This document shows positions 60,901-64,000 of a DNA stretch of 64,000 nt, one piece after another. Under the pieces are notes generated by a model. It saw only the letters and a program-made list of their open reading frames with translations. It was not told the DNA's origin and ran no database searches. Origin of the DNA: Tricharina praecox. Lineage: Eukaryota. The DNA is taken from positions 496,001 to 560,000 of the forward strand of contig NW_026250403.1 of assembly GCF_024521635.1 (NCBI RefSeq), written 5' to 3'. A program made the position numbers and the translations under genes. Numbering within the stretch: the stretch's first letter is position 1; every line of letters begins with the position of its first letter.

Positions 60901-63900
60901 GCCCAGATGTGTGCATTGAACTGCGATATCTCACCCGTAGTGAGAGAGATACGGTGCCTACAGTAGAGCAACAGCCATAGCAAGCACCCTGCGCACGCCC
61001 AATAAACAATGCAGCCAGACGCACAAGCGATCATTCGTCGAGCACAGTATTCACCGCCGCAAACTAACCGTTGAAACATTCCGTCTTGCCGCCATAGCTA
61101 CACGCAAATCCCATCGGTAGCTGCCGTCTTACGACTAGAGGTACGGGAAAGAAAGTAAACCGAGCGGATAGAATCCCGCTGAGAGCTCTGCCGTACGTTA
61201 TCGGACTTTCAAGCGCCGTGCTGTCACACTGAAGTGAATCGTTTCCTCGTGCGGAAACCAACCAACAGAGTCCAGACCAATGGCGTATGGATGAGCAATG
61301 TTGTGCAATTATGATAGCCTGATAGGCGAGCTAGGTATATGGTGGGCTTTGGGGCCATGAATCTGTGCACCGGGGATTTCTCGTAGCCCGTGATCACTAG
61401 TGACTAGCCGCTCGATGATGCGAATTTTCGACGGCAGTGGCGGATGATCTGGTGCAACGGGGGGGTATTACCGCATTAGGACAGGAGCCTCCGGTTGCAT
61501 AGCGCTTCTCCGTGCTGACCGTTGGATATGCATAGTCCCAGCGGTAGTTCACGATCGAGTTTGAGAGTTCGCAGCTCTAGTGATAAGCTGCTGCACGCAA
61601 TGATCAAACTTGGGCCATTAAAGTTGATCCGAGTCGATCACTCGGTCGACCGGAGAAACCGTAGCCGCGAGGTGTATATGGCTAGCTCACCCTGTGCACC
61701 TACCTACTCTTCGTCACTTCATACTTCCAAATCTTGCGCTCACTTCCCTTTCTTATACATCATTTTCTCCTCCCGCCGCATTGCTTCTCTACATTCCCAT
61801 TCCCTTCTATTGTTCCTTCAAGAGTTGAGAGAAAGCACAACAGCGTGGCATGAGCAGACCAGACGGCCAGAATGTACATCAGTCGATGGGGGTTTTAACC
61901 TTTAAGGTTTCCTTCAGAATGAAAACATCATCTGCCTCGATGCTGTGCGAGGAGATAAGGTTTTGTTGGGCGTATTGACCTAGATTGAGGTACTATACAT
62001 TTGGGGTGTCTCATTCCGGTCGGCCGTGAAGAGAAGCCCATCCTCCCCGCTATATCGTCGGTCATTGCTAGCTCAGCGCGTACGTGAAGGAGGACGGAGA
62101 TATCCGTGTCATAGTGGTCGTGATTCTCGTAATGCGATGCGGTTTGAGTGCTTCTCGGTGAGGCAATTTGGCTCTGCAACTCCTTTCCAGAATTCATGTT
62201 CAGTAGCATACCTCTTCATACACTAGAGAGAGTGGAACTGGGATCCCCTAGTAGTGAGTTGAAGCTTGTCCGATTGGGCGACACGAGACACTCGATCTCG
62301 CGCCTGGCAAGCTCCGTCGTAACTAGAGTATCGGCACTCCGGAAGGGGAAGGATGTCTTTCCATGTTGCTGTCGTTGAGCGCCGTCGGGAGAATCTTGGA
62401 ACACGAGCTCGGTTGATGTTTCTCCACCATCTTGGTCTAGTTCGGACAGTCTGAATCGGTATACCTAGTTCCAAAGGCGGAGGCCGAACTGAAAGCGGTT
62501 CGAAAGTCCCCGTTGTGAAGCTACCCCGAGGGCCCTGACCGAATTACAGGGATCTCGGGCCACGATCGTGGCGTTGTGAGAGACAAGCTCTATCGCTGAT
62601 TATTTTGAGTCGGATGGATCAGACATCCTCCGAGGCTCCGAAGGCCTGGGGGCCATCTGTCTCGGTGTTCTAAGACGACATCGTGACTGTGTAGGAGGTA
62701 TCTGCACGATGAGACTGTGATCGATTCTTGTGGCTTGTCGTGCCTTACTACGCTTTCAGGTGTTACGTCAGGAGGGCGCTGATACATGTACCTTGGCAGA
62801 ATGAACCTATTCGGTGAAAGCTACGCCGCTGCCGCCCACAGCTACAGCCTACATACCACCATTTCTCTTCTTTCCTCGTGAAGGGACGACTATCAGCGCG
62901 CCCCGAAACGTCGACTGGCCCAACCACAGTGCCTGGATCTATCCATCCCATCCATCCGCCGAAATATCCAGTTCCACATCCTCTCCCATCCCCGCTTTCC
63001 CTTGACTCATTGTCGTCTCGCAACCGTCCATTCCAGATCTCCTGCGATAACAACCCCTCCGAAGCAGCAAGGGAGCTCTGAGACTTTCTTCCGTACCTCC
63101 AGAGACCACTCCGTCTACTGGTCACCGGTGAGCGAATCGTTCGCCTGTTTCTTTCGTCTCTTCGGCTATCTAGATAAAATGTACTTCTCCGTTTACCCGG
63201 TTACAATTCTGTGCCATTCGGCTCGACCACCTCAGCCAAGCCGGATAAGAAGTCCGGAGTGGCTTCTAGTCGATTACTCAACCTGGTCGTGGGGCCTACG
63301 CTGATTGTCTCTCCACCAACCAGTCCTACATGGGTTTATGTAGGAGGCTTTGTTTCGAACGGCGACGGGGGATCGAATGGGGGGATTATACATCATGACC
63401 AACACGCCGAGCATGAGTGGATCAACACACCCACAAGATCGAAGTCAGTGCCCTACGGACGCTCGTTGAAACAGAAGTTTATGCACGGCCGGAGATGATG
63501 ACGACGACGAGGATGCATTTATGTAACGGCTGCGGAAATGCTTGCAGGAGGCCGGCGCGCGCACCAACATCTGGGAGCATCGGCAAACGCACTCGAAGAG
63601 TTGTCGGACGGTTAGATACCGTGACGCGGAGCTATTGCTGTCGGTGACGAGTCCGTGGGGGTCCGTCCATTCTCCAGCCGACTCGCAGGTATGATGGATG
63701 CGAGCCCAGGGCGTTGTCCTGACGATCACTTTAGCGAAAACAAGCTGGGGGGCCGCGTGGGGATGAGACAACCGAGATGCCGCGCCAGTGATCCCAGATC
63801 CCATGCCCAATCAGATGGCGCCCCAGGGAAGACGGCTGTCTCCACTTCTGCTGCATGCGCCGCTAAGCAGGGTATCCTTCAGATCGGCAACGAAACGCGG

Positions 63901-64000
63901 AGATGGCAGAGTATGCTCCTCTAAAAGCTCTCCCTTCCCCTGATTTTCTCTCAGCGATTCCATGGGTTGTGGGGTTGGCTGGCTGGGCCATAGGGGTTAG

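Overview
Eukaryotic DNA from a filamentous ascomycete: short GT-AG introns with CTRAC branch points and intergenic DNA rich in simple repeats. Pezizomycetes is a guess, not established. I reconstructed about 12 protein-coding genes by hand, and the splice models close in frame. In order: the 3' part of an ARMH3/DUF1741 gene; a secreted CE4 polysaccharide deacetylase with three unrecognised N-terminal repeat domains; a stand-alone JmjN/JmjC demethylase-like gene; a DJ-1/PfpI protein; a large Zn2Cys6 transcription factor; an intracellular GH3 beta-glucosidase; a Pir-repeat GPI wall protein; a 2238-aa DNMT5 (C5 methyltransferase-SNF2-RING); two neighbouring secreted proteins built from the same 6-Cys module; an acidic protein with a PB1-like C-terminus; and a disordered protein with a C-terminal RING. 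The most interesting signal is a canonical PCNA-binding PIP box (QRSLTNYF) in the DNMT5 N-terminus, missing from the supplied ORF track, together with MCB-type promoter elements; this suggests replication-coupled targeting. Next is the tandem pair of secreted 6-Cys-module genes. I found no tRNA, rRNA, CRISPR array or recognisable transposon.
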